A stretch of 64,000 nt of DNA from Candidatus Parcubacteria bacterium (GCA_041168925.1 JBEEJY010000006.1:2859-66858), one strand, 5' to 3'. Numbered from the stretch's first letter, positions 1 through 10,067 are shown. The notes: generated by a model from the sequence alone, not told the origin. Numbers and translations are program-made.

Positions 1-356
1 TCGCTCGGCTTGCTTTCCGGCGGCTTCGGAGGCTCCGGCATCTTCGGCGGCTCGCCGCCCTTCTGCGGTTCCCCTTTGCACTTCATCGGCGCCTGGCATT
101 TGCCGGGAGTCGGGTTGCCGTTGGTGACATCGGTGCACGGCATATCCTTGCCGCCTTGCTTTTTCGTCTTCGGATTCATCTGCGGAAACGGGTAGCTGTA
201 GTCTTTGTCCGGCGTGCATTGCATGTCGGCTTCGTTGTCGACTGCGCGCGAGAAAAGCGGTACCAAGAAAAAGGAAGCGAGAACAATTATCAACACGACA
301 TCGAGAGCTTTTTGTCCCTTTGTCAACGTATCCCACGAGCGCTCCATGGCGGTCAT
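1..356 (-). CDS. Partial hypothetical secreted or membrane-anchored Pro/Cys-rich protein; the gene runs off the window start
   Basis: Hand translation of the minus strand from the ATG at 354-356 gives MTAMERSWDTLTKGQKALDVVLIIVLASFFLV (a signal anchor). A Cys- and Pro-rich stretch (CTPDKDYSYPFPQMNPKTKKQGGKDMPCTDVTNGNPTPGKCQAPMKCKGEPQKGGEPPKMPEPPKPPE) follows, with no stop before position 1. It is absent from the ORF track because it is truncated by the window edge. Confidence 0.3.
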   Translation of the reverse strand, partial: MTAMERSWDTLTKGQKALDVVLIIVLASFFLVPLFSRAVDNEADMQCTPDKDYSYPFPQMNPKTKKQGGKDMPCTDVTNGNPTPGKCQAPMKCKGEPQKGGEPPKMPEPPKPPESKPS

Positions 357-388
357 GGGGGTATTATAGCCTCAGTTTTGATGCCAAC

Positions 389-2035
389 TCAGTCGATATC
401 CCCCATGCCGGGAGCGCCTCCCATCGGGGCTTTCTTGTCTTCGGGAATATCCGCGACGGCAGCTTCCGTCGTGAGCAAGACCGCCGCCGCAGAGGCCGCG
501 TTCTCGACGCAGAGCCGCGTCACCTTCACCGGATCGATGACTCCCGCTTCGAACATGTCCGTTATCGCCTCTTCTTCCGACTCGGCGGAAGCATCGAATC
601 CGAAAGCGCCGCCTCGCTTCACGACTTCCTGCAGCACGACCGCGGCATCCTGTCTCCCTGCGTTTTCCGCAATTTGCAAAAGCGGCGCGGAAAGCGCGCT
701 CAAGAGAATGCGATAGCCGACGGTGTACTCATCGTGCGCTTTCGGGTCGAGTTTTTTGGAGAGCTTCGCCGCGACTTTCGCGAACGCCGCTCCGCCGCCG
801 GGAACGATTCCCTCGGCTAGAGCCGCTTTCGTCGCATTGACCGCGTCTTCGATCTTGTCTTTGAGATACTTCATCTCGGTTTCCGTAGCGGCACCGACAC
901 GAATGACGGCAACGCCGCCAGTCAATTTCGCAATGCGTTCTTCGAGCTTCTCACGGTCGAATTTCGAATCAGTCGAATCGACTTGCGTGCGAAGCTGCGC
1001 GACGCGATCATCGATCGCGCTTTTCTTGCCCTTGCCGCCGACGATGACGGTCGAGTCTTTGGTTGCGACGACTCTGTTCGCCCGTCCGAGCATCGAGAGC
1101 TCGGCTTTCTCGAGCGATACGCCGAGATCGTCGGAAACGACCTCCGCGCCGACGGTAATCGCGATGTCCGCGAGCATTTCTTTCTTGCGGTCGCCGTAGC
1201 CAGGCGCTTTGACCGCGAGCACGTTGAAGACCCCTTTCAGTTTGTTAAGGACGAATGTCGCGAGCGCCTCGCCTTCCACGTCGTCGGCGATTATGACAAG
1301 ATCGCGTTTCCCTGCCTGGGCGATTTTCTCGAGAAGCGGGACGATGTCTTTCACCGTCGAGATTTTCTTGTCGGTGATGAGGATCGGCGCATCCTTCGCC
1401 TCGGCCTCCATGCGTTCGGCATTGGTGATCATGTACGCGGAGACGTAGCCTTTGTCGAATTCCATGCCCTCCACGTATTCGGAATCGATGCCGGTCGCTT
1501 GCGATTCTTCGACCGTGACGACCCCGTCCTTTCCCACTTTGCCGACGACCTCCGCGATCTTTTCGCCGAGCTCCGCCGATTCAGCCGAGATCGACGCGAC
1601 TTGCTTGATATCGTTTTTGCCCTTCACTTCGCGCGCCATCTTTTTCAGTTCTTCGACGGTGTCCGAGGCGGCCGCTTCGATGCCGCGACGCACCATCATT
1701 GCGTTAGCGCCGAGCGCGGTGCGCTTCAGTCCCTCGTGGACGATCGCCTGGGTGAGCACGACCGCGGTCGTCGTGCCGTCGCCCGCCTTGTCATTGGTCT
1801 TTGTAGCGACTTCTTTCACGATTTGCGCACCCATGTTTTCGAATTTATCGGCAAGCTCTATTTCTTTGGCGATCGAAACGCCGTCGTTGGTGATCGTCGG
1901 ACCGCCCCAGGATTTGGAGAGGGCGACGTTGCGCCCCTTGGGGCCGAGCGTCACCTTCACGGCGCTGGCGACGATGTCGACGCCGCGCTTGAGCGCGGTG
2001 CGAACATCCTGATCAAATATGACTTGTTTTGCCAT
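389..2035 (-). CDS. groEL: Chaperonin GroEL (60 kDa chaperonin)
   Basis: 548 aa with the N-terminus MAKQVIFDQDVRTALKRGVDIV and the DGTTTA and GGGAAF motifs. It ends in the GGM-like tail PMGGAPGMGDID and lies directly downstream of groES. Confidence 0.95.
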   Translation of the reverse strand: MAKQVIFDQDVRTALKRGVDIVASAVKVTLGPKGRNVALSKSWGGPTITNDGVSIAKEIELADKFENMGAQIVKEVATKTNDKAGDGTTTAVVLTQAIVHEGLKRTALGANAMMVRRGIEAAASDTVEELKKMAREVKGKNDIKQVASISAESAELGEKIAEVVGKVGKDGVVTVEESQATGIDSEYVEGMEFDKGYVSAYMITNAERMEAEAKDAPILITDKKISTVKDIVPLLEKIAQAGKRDLVIIADDVEGEALATFVLNKLKGVFNVLAVKAPGYGDRKKEMLADIAITVGAEVVSDDLGVSLEKAELSMLGRANRVVATKDSTVIVGGKGKKSAIDDRVAQLRTQVDSTDSKFDREKLEERIAKLTGGVAVIRVGAATETEMKYLKDKIEDAVNATKAALAEGIVPGGGAAFAKVAAKLSKKLDPKAHDEYTVGYRILLSALSAPLLQIAENAGRQDAAVVLQEVVKRGGAFGFDASAESEEEAITDMFEAGVIDPVKVTRLCVENAASAAAVLLTTEAAVADIPEDKKAPMGGAPGMGDID

Positions 2036-2043
2036 GGTGGTAT

Positions 2044-2358
2044 TTATTTAATGACGGCTAAAATCGCCGATTCTTCGACGAGAAAAAGATTTTCATCCTT
2101 GTGTCCGACCTCATTGTCCCATCCGGCGTTGAAGATGACCTTCGAGCCGACTTTGACCTGCACCGGTATGAGCTTGCCTTCTTTCGACATCTTGCCGGGA
2201 CCGATGGCGAGTACCGTGCCCGTTTTCGATTTCTCTTTTGAAGCGGTGTCCGGAATTATGATCCCGGCGGGAGATTTTTCAACCGTTTCTTCGCGCTTCA
2301 CGAGTACGCGATCGGCAAGCGGCTGAATCTTGCGAGATGAGTCGGTTTCTTTTTTCAT
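2044..2358 (-). CDS. groES: Co-chaperonin GroES
   Basis: 104 aa containing the IQPLADRVLVKREE...PAGIIIPDTA...GTVLAIGPG pattern of the Cpn10 family, immediately upstream of groEL. Confidence 0.9.
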   Translation of the reverse strand: MKKETDSSRKIQPLADRVLVKREETVEKSPAGIIIPDTASKEKSKTGTVLAIGPGKMSKEGKLIPVQVKVGSKVIFNAGWDNEVGHKDENLFLVEESAILAVIK

Positions 2359-2453
2359 AGAATTATTGATTAGCTGCTAACTCGTGGCCACAATATAAGG
2401 GAATGTCTTCGCAGGAGCAACTTGACAATAAGTGGAGGATAAGATAAAGTTGT

Positions 2454-2723
2454 TTGACGTCTGGTGCCCCTAGTGCTACTGTGCGCGGAATGGTTTTTCT
2501 CCAGCAAACCCTGCCCTACGCGCAGATCGGGCTTTCTGCTCTTCTTATTGTATGCGTGCTTTTGCAGCGGACGGGTGCGTCGCTCGGAGGCGCATTCGGC
2601 GCCGACAACTTCGGCTCCGGCTTTCACACTCGCCGCGGTTTGGAGAAGACCCTCTTTTACACGACGATAATCCTTGGTATACTCTTCGCACTGTCCGCTC
2701 TCGTCAATCTTTTTATCAGCTAA
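2454..2723 (+). CDS. secG: Probable preprotein translocase subunit SecG-like small membrane protein
   Basis: An 89-aa ORF with two transmembrane segments flanking LLQRTGASLGGAFGADNFGSGFHTRRG, which resembles the SecG core (LLQ.GKG..G.AFGGG..FG..G). The true start may be the internal Met (MVFLQQTL). Confidence 0.4.
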   Translation: MTSGAPSATVRGMVFLQQTLPYAQIGLSALLIVCVLLQRTGASLGGAFGADNFGSGFHTRRGLEKTLFYTTIILGILFALSALVNLFIS

Positions 2724-2786
2724 CGCGGCGCGCTCTTTGTTGAGCGATGCCCGCGCTTCGCGCGAGCGTTCACCTGTACTGCCGGT

Positions 2787-4628
2787 ATGGCATTCGACTC
2801 CTTCTCGTACACAACTCCAGAAAAGCTTTCCGTGAAACTGACGCGGCGCCGCGCGGTGCCTTCACTCGCGGCGCTTGAGCGGCTCTTGCGCGCTTTCAGT
2901 CCGGGCGAGCGACTTGCGCTTTACCTCGTCTCGGCGGTGCTCGGGCTGTCGACTTTCGCGCTTCTTGCGGGTTTGAATGCCGCGATATCGACAAACGTGC
3001 CGGCGCGCGGAGGGTCGCTCACCGAAGGCGAGGTCGGCTCCGTTCGGTTTATCAATCCCGTGCTCGCGCTCTCGCAAGCAGATACCGATCTCGCATCGCT
3101 CGTGTATTCAGGCCTCATGCGCGCCATGCCCGACGGTTCGATCGCGCCGGATCTCGCCGAAAGCTACGAGATCTCGCAAGACGGCACGGTCTACACCTTT
3201 CACTTGCGGCCCGATGCGACATTCCACGATGGCTCCCGCGTGACATCGGCCGACGTCATCTACACCGTACAGGCGACGCAAAACATCGAGATCAAAAGCC
3301 CGCGCCGCGCGGATTGGGACGGTGTCGCGGCGGCGGCCCCTGATGAGCGCACGGTCGTTTTCACCCTCCCGCACCCCTACGCTCCGTTTCTCGAGAACAC
3401 GACGCTGGGCATATTGCCCAAGTCGATTTGGCAGAGCGTGCAACCGGAAGAATTTCCCTTCAGCCCCGCCAACACGCGACCGATCGGAAGCGGCCCTTTC
3501 AAGGTAGGTAACATAACGACGGATTCAACCGGTTCGATCACGCGATACGAGCTCACGCCTTTCAACCACTTCACGCTCGGCGCGCCTCACCTGTTTCACT
3601 TGTATTTCTTATATTATCCGAACGAAGATGCGATGATCGCGGCATGGAAGAGCGGCGCGATCGATTCGATGGCGGGTATCTCGCCCTCGAATCTGTCGGC
3701 TCTCGCGCGAACAGACGAGCAGATCGTCCGCGCGACGCTGCCCCGCGTCTTCGGAGTCTTTTTCAACCAGAGCCATGCTCCGGTTCTTGCCGACGCGTCG
3801 GTGCGCGAGGCGCTGGATGCCGCAACCGATCGAGAGGTCATAGTCGATTCGATACTCGGCGGATACGGATCAGCGCTCTCCGGGCCGATCCCGTCTGGAG
3901 TCACCGGTTTCATTGCTCCGGCGCGCGCTCAACCCTTCCTTGCGGCGGCATCCTCGACAATGCGGATCAAGCCGGATGAAAAAGCAATCGCGGCGGCGCG
4001 CGCAATACTTGAGCGGGGCGGCTGGGAGTTCTCGGAGGCTTCGAGTACGAAAGGATCGACTGGTCTCTGGCAAAAGAAGCAAGGGAAAGGCAAGGGCGCG
4101 CAGACGCTTTCGTTTACGCTCTCGACCGCGGACGAGCTGGAACTGGTGGCGACGGCCAACGCGCTCGCGGAGAGTTGGCGAGCGCTCGGCGTAGATGTGG
4201 ATGTGCGGATCTATCCGATCTCCGAGCTTAATTCGAGCGTCATCCGACCGCGCGCTTACGACGCGATTCTCTTCGGCGAGGTTGTGGGGCGCACGCTCGA
4301 CCTATTCGCCTTCTGGCACTCGAGCCAGCGCAATGATCCGGGTCTCAACCTTGCGATGTACGCCAACTCAAAGGCCGATTCGCTCCTGATCCAGGCACGC
4401 GCTACGAAGAATCGCGCCGAGCGAGAAAAGTTGTACGAACGCTTTAGTGAAATGGTTAAAAGCGATACGCCCGCAATCTTTCTCTATGCGCCCGATTTCG
4501 TCTACCTCGTTCCCGACTCGCTCCACGGGGTTTCGCTCGGAGCGCTTACCACTCCAGCCGAGCGTTTCCTGAACGCGTATCAATGGTACATCTATACCGA
4601 GCGCGTATGGAGCGTATTCGCGCGATAA
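2787..4628 (+). CDS. ABC transporter substrate-binding protein, family 5 (peptide/nickel type), membrane-anchored
   Basis: 613 aa with an N-terminal TM helix (LALYLVSAVLGLSTFALLAGL) followed by a length and composition typical of the SBP_bac_5 fold. This is a family-level call made by eye. Confidence 0.7.
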   Translation: MAFDSFSYTTPEKLSVKLTRRRAVPSLAALERLLRAFSPGERLALYLVSAVLGLSTFALLAGLNAAISTNVPARGGSLTEGEVGSVRFINPVLALSQADTDLASLVYSGLMRAMPDGSIAPDLAESYEISQDGTVYTFHLRPDATFHDGSRVTSADVIYTVQATQNIEIKSPRRADWDGVAAAAPDERTVVFTLPHPYAPFLENTTLGILPKSIWQSVQPEEFPFSPANTRPIGSGPFKVGNITTDSTGSITRYELTPFNHFTLGAPHLFHLYFLYYPNEDAMIAAWKSGAIDSMAGISPSNLSALARTDEQIVRATLPRVFGVFFNQSHAPVLADASVREALDAATDREVIVDSILGGYGSALSGPIPSGVTGFIAPARAQPFLAAASSTMRIKPDEKAIAAARAILERGGWEFSEASSTKGSTGLWQKKQGKGKGAQTLSFTLSTADELELVATANALAESWRALGVDVDVRIYPISELNSSVIRPRAYDAILFGEVVGRTLDLFAFWHSSQRNDPGLNLAMYANSKADSLLIQARATKNRAEREKLYERFSEMVKSDTPAIFLYAPDFVYLVPDSLHGVSLGALTTPAERFLNAYQWYIYTERVWSVFAR

Positions 4629-4648
4629 CTCATCAATCAATAAACCGT

Positions 4649-6535
4649 ATGGAACCACAATCGCCCATGAATCACGGCCGAGGCGCAGGCTCGCGCCCTC
4701 ACGCGGCACGCCCGGGAGGGCGCGATGGATCGCCTTCTCGCCGGCCGCGGCGCTTCCCCGGACGCGCGGGCGGTTTTGGCAATCGTCCGCCTCGTCGGGG
4801 TCGCGCGAGAGTCGAACACCAAACGGCCGCCGTACGCAAACAAAACGCAATCATCGCTCCGCCGAGCGAGAAGACGGTGCGCATCATCCCGCTCGGCGGC
4901 GTCGAAGAAATCGGCCGCAACATGACCGCCGTCGAGGTCGGTAATGATATTTTCATTCTCGATTGCGGCTTCCAGTTCAGCGAAGACGAAACGCCGGGCG
5001 TCGACTACATCTTGCCCAATACGGGCTACCTAGAAGAGCGTCGCGAGAAGATACGCGGACTTCTCATTTCGCACGGCCACCTCGACCACATCGGCGGCAT
5101 TCCGTATATCATCGATCGCATCGGCAACCCGATTATTTACACGCGCAAGCTCACGGGCAAAATGATCCAGAAGCGGCAAGAGGAATTCGCATCCGCGCAG
5201 CCCGTACAGATCCGCGAAGTCGAGAAGGACGAGGCGATCAAGCTTGGTGCGGCGACTATCCGCTTCTTCGGCGTGACGCACACCGTGCCCGATTCGATGG
5301 GCATCATTATCGAAACGCCCTGGGGCGACGTCGTTTTCACCGGCGACATCAAACTCAATCACGAAAACGGCGAGCCTTCCGAAGAAGAGAAACGGGAATT
5401 CGGTATTTTCAAGGAGCGAAAGGTGCTCGCGCTCCTCATGGACTCGACCAACGTCTGGCAGCCGGGCTTCTCGATACCCGAGAGCAACGTGTACCGCACG
5501 CTTGAAAACATCATCAAAGACTCAAAGGGCCGTCTCATCATCGCGATGTTCGCTTCGCACCTCGAGCGCTTGATCAGAGTCATTCACTTCGCGGAAAAGT
5601 ACGGCAAGAAAGTCGTCATCGACGGACGCTCAATGCGCACCAATATCGAAATCGCCCGCGAGCTCGGCTTGGTCAAATACAAAGACGAGACCGTAGTACA
5701 GGTCGAAGATATCGACCGCGTTCCGCCCGATAAGATGCTGATCCTCGCGACGGGCGCGCAGGGCGACGAGTTCGCCTCGCTCGCGCGCATCGGCAACAAG
5801 ACGCATAAGAATATCCGTCTGCAGCCGACGGATACGGTCGTGCTCTCTTCTTCGGTCATTCCGGGCAACGAGCGCGCGGTGCAAAAACTCAAAGACAACC
5901 TCTCGCGCCAAGGCGCGCATATCATCACGTATCATGCCTCCGACGTGCATGCTTCCGGCCACGGCAATCGCGAGGAAGCGGCATGGATACACAAACAGGT
6001 CCGTCCGAAATTCTTCATCCCCGTGCACGGCTATCATTACATGCTGCGCGTGCACGCCGATCTCGCGGTCGAGATGGGAGTCGATCAGAAAAACATCGCG
6101 ATTCCCGACAACAGCTCGATCATCGAAATCCACGGGGGTGAAAAGATCGACAAGCATCCGGTGAAAGCGCCGGCGGAATTGCGCGTCGTCGAAGGTCATG
6201 TCGTGTCCGAACTCTCGGAAGTCTTGATGCGGGATCGCTTGGCGCTCGGTAAAGAAGGTTTTTGCGTCGTCGTTGCCACCGTGGATCGCCGCACCGGCAA
6301 ACTCCATAAGTCACCCGACATCATCTCCCGCGGATTCGTCTATCTGCGCGACAACAAGGACTTGATGGACCAGACGCGCCTCATCATCCGCAAATCGGTC
6401 GAGACGTCGCTGCGTAATCCGCGCGCGGCCGACCTCGATGCCGCCCGTGACGATCTCGCCGAATCCGTCTCCCGCTTTCTCTTGCAGCGCACGATGAAAC
6501 GCCCGATCGTCATTCCGGTGATCGTGAGTATATAA
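4649..6535 (+). CDS. rnj: Ribonuclease J (metallo-beta-lactamase / beta-CASP RNase) with an Arg/Gly/Pro-rich N-terminal extension
   Basis: The core starts at RIIPLGGVEEIGRNMTAVEV and includes the HGHLDHIGG zinc motif and beta-CASP region, matching the length of the RNase J family. The ORF opens at 4583, but the upstream gene ends at 4628, so the first non-overlapping ATG is 4649. A GTG at about 4877 is an alternative start. Confidence 0.8.
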   Translation: MEPQSPMNHGRGAGSRPHAARPGGRDGSPSRRPRRFPGRAGGFGNRPPRRGRARVEHQTAAVRKQNAIIAPPSEKTVRIIPLGGVEEIGRNMTAVEVGNDIFILDCGFQFSEDETPGVDYILPNTGYLEERREKIRGLLISHGHLDHIGGIPYIIDRIGNPIIYTRKLTGKMIQKRQEEFASAQPVQIREVEKDEAIKLGAATIRFFGVTHTVPDSMGIIIETPWGDVVFTGDIKLNHENGEPSEEEKREFGIFKERKVLALLMDSTNVWQPGFSIPESNVYRTLENIIKDSKGRLIIAMFASHLERLIRVIHFAEKYGKKVVIDGRSMRTNIEIARELGLVKYKDETVVQVEDIDRVPPDKMLILATGAQGDEFASLARIGNKTHKNIRLQPTDTVVLSSSVIPGNERAVQKLKDNLSRQGAHIITYHASDVHASGHGNREEAAWIHKQVRPKFFIPVHGYHYMLRVHADLAVEMGVDQKNIAIPDNSSIIEIHGGEKIDKHPVKAPAELRVVEGHVVSELSEVLMRDRLALGKEGFCVVVATVDRRTGKLHKSPDIISRGFVYLRDNKDLMDQTRLIIRKSVETSLRNPRAADLDAARDDLAESVSRFLLQRTMKRPIVIPVIVSI

Positions 6536-6628
6536 ATAGGCGGGATGGAGATTGGTCAGACCGGATTGTTATAAATGTTTTGCGCGACAAGGCGGCGAGT
6601 CGCCTTGTCGATTTATTTTACGAATACC

Positions 6629-7432
6629 CTACGCAATCCGCCACTTGCCTTTTTGGCGGACGATGAGTCCGTCGCGCGCAAGACTGGAGAGCGCGCGAGT
6701 CATACGTTCGTCCCCACGAGGTTGTTTGCCCGCATGCAACTGGCGGAGAATCTCTCCGCGCATTTGCCTGAGAGATCCTTCAAATTTCGATTGCTTTACA
6801 TAGTGAACACTGCGGCTGTTGTTGCGCACGCCCGTTTTTTTCAAATACGCTCCGTAGTCCATGAGCGCCCAGTGCCACTTCCGTGGATCCTGCTTTTTTG
6901 CAATCTTTCTTGCGTATACTAAAAGCGTGCTGTCGCTCACCTTTAGCGTACTCCGCGCAAAGTGACGCATGAGCGCGGTTCGAATATTGGTCTCGATGAG
7001 GATGTCGCGCTCATTGAACGAGAATATGCGTACCGCCGATCTGGTATATGGTCCGATTCCCGGCAACGAATGACGTAATGCTTCCCTGAAATCGCCCGCG
7101 TGCATTGTAACTATTTCTTTTGCGGAATCGTGCAGATACTTGCCCCGCCTGTTGTATCCTAGCCCGCTCCATTGCCTCAAAACATCTTTGAGTTCCGCTC
7201 TTGCGAGCGCTCTGATGGTCGGGAATCTCTCGATGAATGATTCGTATCTACCGACGACGCGCGACACTGGAGTTTGCTGCAGCATCACTTCGGAGACGAG
7301 AATTTTGTACGGGTCTGTCGTCTTTCTCCATGGCAAATCATGCCTGCCGTCCTCTTTCCAATGACGCCAGACAAGCCTTAGGAACGCTGCGATCTCTCTA
7401 GAGTTCGTAGACGACATCTTTCCGTTCGACAA
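6629..7432 (-). CDS. HhH-GPD DNA glycosylase, MutY-like (A/G-specific adenine glycosylase family)
   Basis: Contains LPWRKTTDPYKILVSEVMLQQTPVSRVV, matching the MutY N-terminal signature (LPWR....PY.V..SE.MLQQT.V..V), plus the helix-hairpin-helix GIGPYT. At 267 aa it is short and lacks the C-terminal NUDIX-like domain. Confidence 0.7.
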   Translation of the reverse strand: MSNGKMSSTNSREIAAFLRLVWRHWKEDGRHDLPWRKTTDPYKILVSEVMLQQTPVSRVVGRYESFIERFPTIRALARAELKDVLRQWSGLGYNRRGKYLHDSAKEIVTMHAGDFREALRHSLPGIGPYTRSAVRIFSFNERDILIETNIRTALMRHFARSTLKVSDSTLLVYARKIAKKQDPRKWHWALMDYGAYLKKTGVRNNSRSVHYVKQSKFEGSLRQMRGEILRQLHAGKQPRGDERMTRALSSLARDGLIVRQKGKWRIA

Positions 7433-8093
7433 CCACGTTCCAGCCGAGCCGCTTCGCCGTCTTGTAGAGTTTCATGTTTGGATTAAAACAAATGGGTTTT
7501 GCGACAAGTTCGAGAAATGGAATATCGCTCTCCGTGTCGCCCACTCCGATCGAATGCGCGAGTGTCAGATTCTCGCGCTCGACGGCGCGCCTGACAATGG
7601 CCGCTTTGTTGAGAATTAGGTGCTCATCGATCACCTTGCCGGTAAAAAGTTCTTGCGGGCCAGTTTCATAGAGCATGCCGTAGGTCTTGTCGAATCCCAA
7701 CCGCGGACAGAACTTATCGAGCACCGTTTTTGGAGAGTGCGAGACGGCGAGCAAGAAATAATCGCGCTTCTTGAGATCTTTGATGAGGTCGCGCGTGTAG
7801 CGATAAACGCGCCGCCACTGTTCATCGACAATTTCCCGTGCCGCATCGGCAAGCGCGGAGTAGTGAATACCTTTCAAATGTCCGACGAAGGCTTCGACGA
7901 CCGCGCCGATGTACTCTTCATAATCGCCTTCGCGATTGAGCCAGCGTTCGTAATCGCGTTCGTATACGTCGCGCGTTTCTTTCGGAAATGTACCGTTCTC
8001 GATCAGTCGATTTACGACCTGGATCAGAAGCGAGGAGCGAAAGATCGTACCGTCGACGTCGAATATCGCGACTTTCCGCTTCGCATTGGCCAT
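7398..8093 (-). CDS. HAD-superfamily hydrolase (HAD-IB / SerB-like phosphatase fold)
   Basis: The N-terminal motif I VAIFDVDGTIF carries the DxDGT nucleophile, and a later GVGDTESDIPF contains the GDxxxD motif IV. Confidence 0.7.
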   Translation of the reverse strand: MANAKRKVAIFDVDGTIFRSSLLIQVVNRLIENGTFPKETRDVYERDYERWLNREGDYEEYIGAVVEAFVGHLKGIHYSALADAAREIVDEQWRRVYRYTRDLIKDLKKRDYFLLAVSHSPKTVLDKFCPRLGFDKTYGMLYETGPQELFTGKVIDEHLILNKAAIVRRAVERENLTLAHSIGVGDTESDIPFLELVAKPICFNPNMKLYKTAKRLGWNVVVERKDVVYEL

Positions 8094-9387
8094 GTCGACA
8101 TACTACCAAAGCCTGAAAAATTTAGTATTCTGGGCTCTAATGGTGCGAAAAATCAAGAATATCCTCTATTTTTTCGTCGCGTCATACTTCGCCTTCTTCG
8201 CGCGCCTCAAGCTCAAGCGCTGGAAGCCTCGGGTTGTCGCGGTAACAGGCTCCAACGGGAAAACAACGACGCTCCACCTTATCGAAGCGGCGCTTGGCGA
8301 CCTGGCGCGCTACTCGCACGGCGCAAACTCGAGCTTTGGCATCCCTTTCGACATCCTGGGCTTGAAGCGTCGGACATTTTCACCCGTCGAGTGGTTTTGG
8401 CTCGTGCTTGCGGCTCCTTTTTGCGTTCTGAAGCGCCCATATCGAGAACGTATCTACGTCGCCGAGGCCGATTGCGACCGACCGGGCGAGGGTGGATTTC
8501 TGAGCGCGCTTCTGAGACCGGAGATCGTGCTGTGGCTTTCTTCGGCGCGAACGCACAGCATGAATTTTGATAAGAGCGTGCGTGCGGGAGCGTTTCCAAA
8601 CGTCGAGGAGGCGATCGCGCATGAGTTTGGTTATTTCCCCGAATATGCCGCGCGGCTCGTCATCGTCAACGGCGATATCCCGCTCATTGAGGCGCAGCTT
8701 CCGAGAACGAAGACGGTCGTGCATCGCATTCGCGAGAGTGCGCTCGGGCAATACGAAATCGCCGCAAGCGGCACGAGCTTCACGATTCACGGGCGATCGT
8801 ATCGGTTCCCCTATTTGCTGCCAAGAGAAACGTTCTATTCGATCGCGGCCGTGCTCGAACTTGCCGCGTATCTCGACGTTTCTCGACACGTTGATTTTTC
8901 GACGTACGCGATGCCGCCCGGCCGCAGCTCGATATTCAAAGGCACGCAAGGGACGACCATAATCGACAGCACGTACAACGCGAACGCGTCGTCAACTACC
9001 GCGCTGCTTGGCATGGTAGAGCGACTGCCGGGCGAGCAATGGCTCGTCTTTGGGGACATGATCGAGCAGGGTGAAGAAGAAAAGGAAGAGCACGAGAAAG
9101 TCGCGCTGCGTATCGCATCCGGCAACTTCGCAAAAGTATTATTGGTCGGCCCGCGGACAAGACGCTTCGCGCAGCCGCACATTCCAAACGCCATCGCCTA
9201 CGATGCGCCGCGCGACGCGCTTGCATATCTGCTGCGCACCATCAAAGGCGGCGAGACGCTCATTTTCAAAGGTGCTCGATTCCTGGAAGGAATCGTCGAG
9301 CACCTGCTCGCCGACAAGAAAGACGTCGAGAAGCTCTGCCGCCGAGAGGCGATCTGGCGCAAGCGGCGCGCGCAATGGGGATTATGA
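8086..9387 (+). CDS. Mur ligase family protein (MurF-like UDP-MurNAc-peptide ligase)
   Basis: The P-loop VVAVTGSNGKTTT is typical of Mur ligases, followed by the expected central and C-terminal domain lengths. The C-terminal region fits a Mur ligase C-terminal domain. Confidence 0.65.
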   Translation: MAMSTYYQSLKNLVFWALMVRKIKNILYFFVASYFAFFARLKLKRWKPRVVAVTGSNGKTTTLHLIEAALGDLARYSHGANSSFGIPFDILGLKRRTFSPVEWFWLVLAAPFCVLKRPYRERIYVAEADCDRPGEGGFLSALLRPEIVLWLSSARTHSMNFDKSVRAGAFPNVEEAIAHEFGYFPEYAARLVIVNGDIPLIEAQLPRTKTVVHRIRESALGQYEIAASGTSFTIHGRSYRFPYLLPRETFYSIAAVLELAAYLDVSRHVDFSTYAMPPGRSSIFKGTQGTTIIDSTYNANASSTTALLGMVERLPGEQWLVFGDMIEQGEEEKEEHEKVALRIASGNFAKVLLVGPRTRRFAQPHIPNAIAYDAPRDALAYLLRTIKGGETLIFKGARFLEGIVEHLLADKKDVEKLCRREAIWRKRRAQWGL

Positions 9388-10067
9388 AACTTTTCATTCT
9401 TCACGGATGGACCTACCAGACGGCGACTTGGGATGCGCTGCTCGGCGAATTGCGTAAGCGCGGGATCGAGTACGAATTCCTGCTCTTGCCGGGTCTCACC
9501 GACGGTACGAATCCGGTCTGGAACATCGACGACTACATTGACTGGCTCAAATCGAAAATCGGCAACGAACGCGTCGTTCTCTACGGCCACTCGGCAGGCG
9601 GTCGCCTCTCGCTCGCATTTGCGCTCAAGTACCCGACTCAAGTCGAACGACTCATTCTCGAAGACAGCGCGGGCATTCCGCCGCGAGGGTTACGTAAGCT
9701 AAAACGCGACTTTTTCCGCGTGTTTTCCCCGCTGAATAAGATTCTTATGCCGCCGGAGGCGCTCCGTCGCGCGTTCTACAGGCTTATCCGCGAGAACGAC
9801 TACGGCCGCGCAACGCCCGAAATGCGCAAAACGCTCGCAAATCTCGTGTCTATAGACTTACGAAACGGACTCAAGAACATCCGCTGTCCGACCCTGATCA
9901 TCTGGGGCAAGGGAGACAAAACGACTCCGCTCATCGACGGGCAGTTGATGCATGAAGAAATCGCCGGCTCGCGCTTGCAAGTCATCCCGGATGCCCGCCA
10001 TTCCCCGCACATAACCCATCCGAAAGAAGTGGCGGGACTTGTCGCGAGCGAACTGCGAAATACATGA
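9375..10067 (+). CDS. Alpha/beta-fold hydrolase
   Basis: The nucleophile elbow G-H-S-A-G-G (LYGHSAGGRLS) and a C-terminal His motif (DARHSPH) match this fold. The start overlaps the upstream gene by 13 nt. Confidence 0.7.
   Translation: MGIMKLFILHGWTYQTATWDALLGELRKRGIEYEFLLLPGLTDGTNPVWNIDDYIDWLKSKIGNERVVLYGHSAGGRLSLAFALKYPTQVERLILEDSAGIPPRGLRKLKRDFFRVFSPLNKILMPPEALRRAFYRLIRENDYGRATPEMRKTLANLVSIDLRNGLKNIRCPTLIIWGKGDKTTPLIDGQLMHEEIAGSRLQVIPDARHSPHITHPKEVAGLVASELRNT

Noticed and set aside
983-2326. 447-aa plus-strand ORF spanning groEL and groES on the opposite strand (also 156..716, 320..820, 723..1199, 1452..2012).
   Set aside because: These are antisense to a confidently identified, highly conserved groEL. 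Their translations are low-complexity Arg/Asp/Gly-rich strings typical of high-GC antisense frames.
5630-6307. 225-aa minus-strand ORF inside rnj, and several 60-180 aa ORFs around 4637..5928.
   Set aside because: Antisense or frame-shifted relative to the RNase J core with intact HGHLDHIGG. No independent support.
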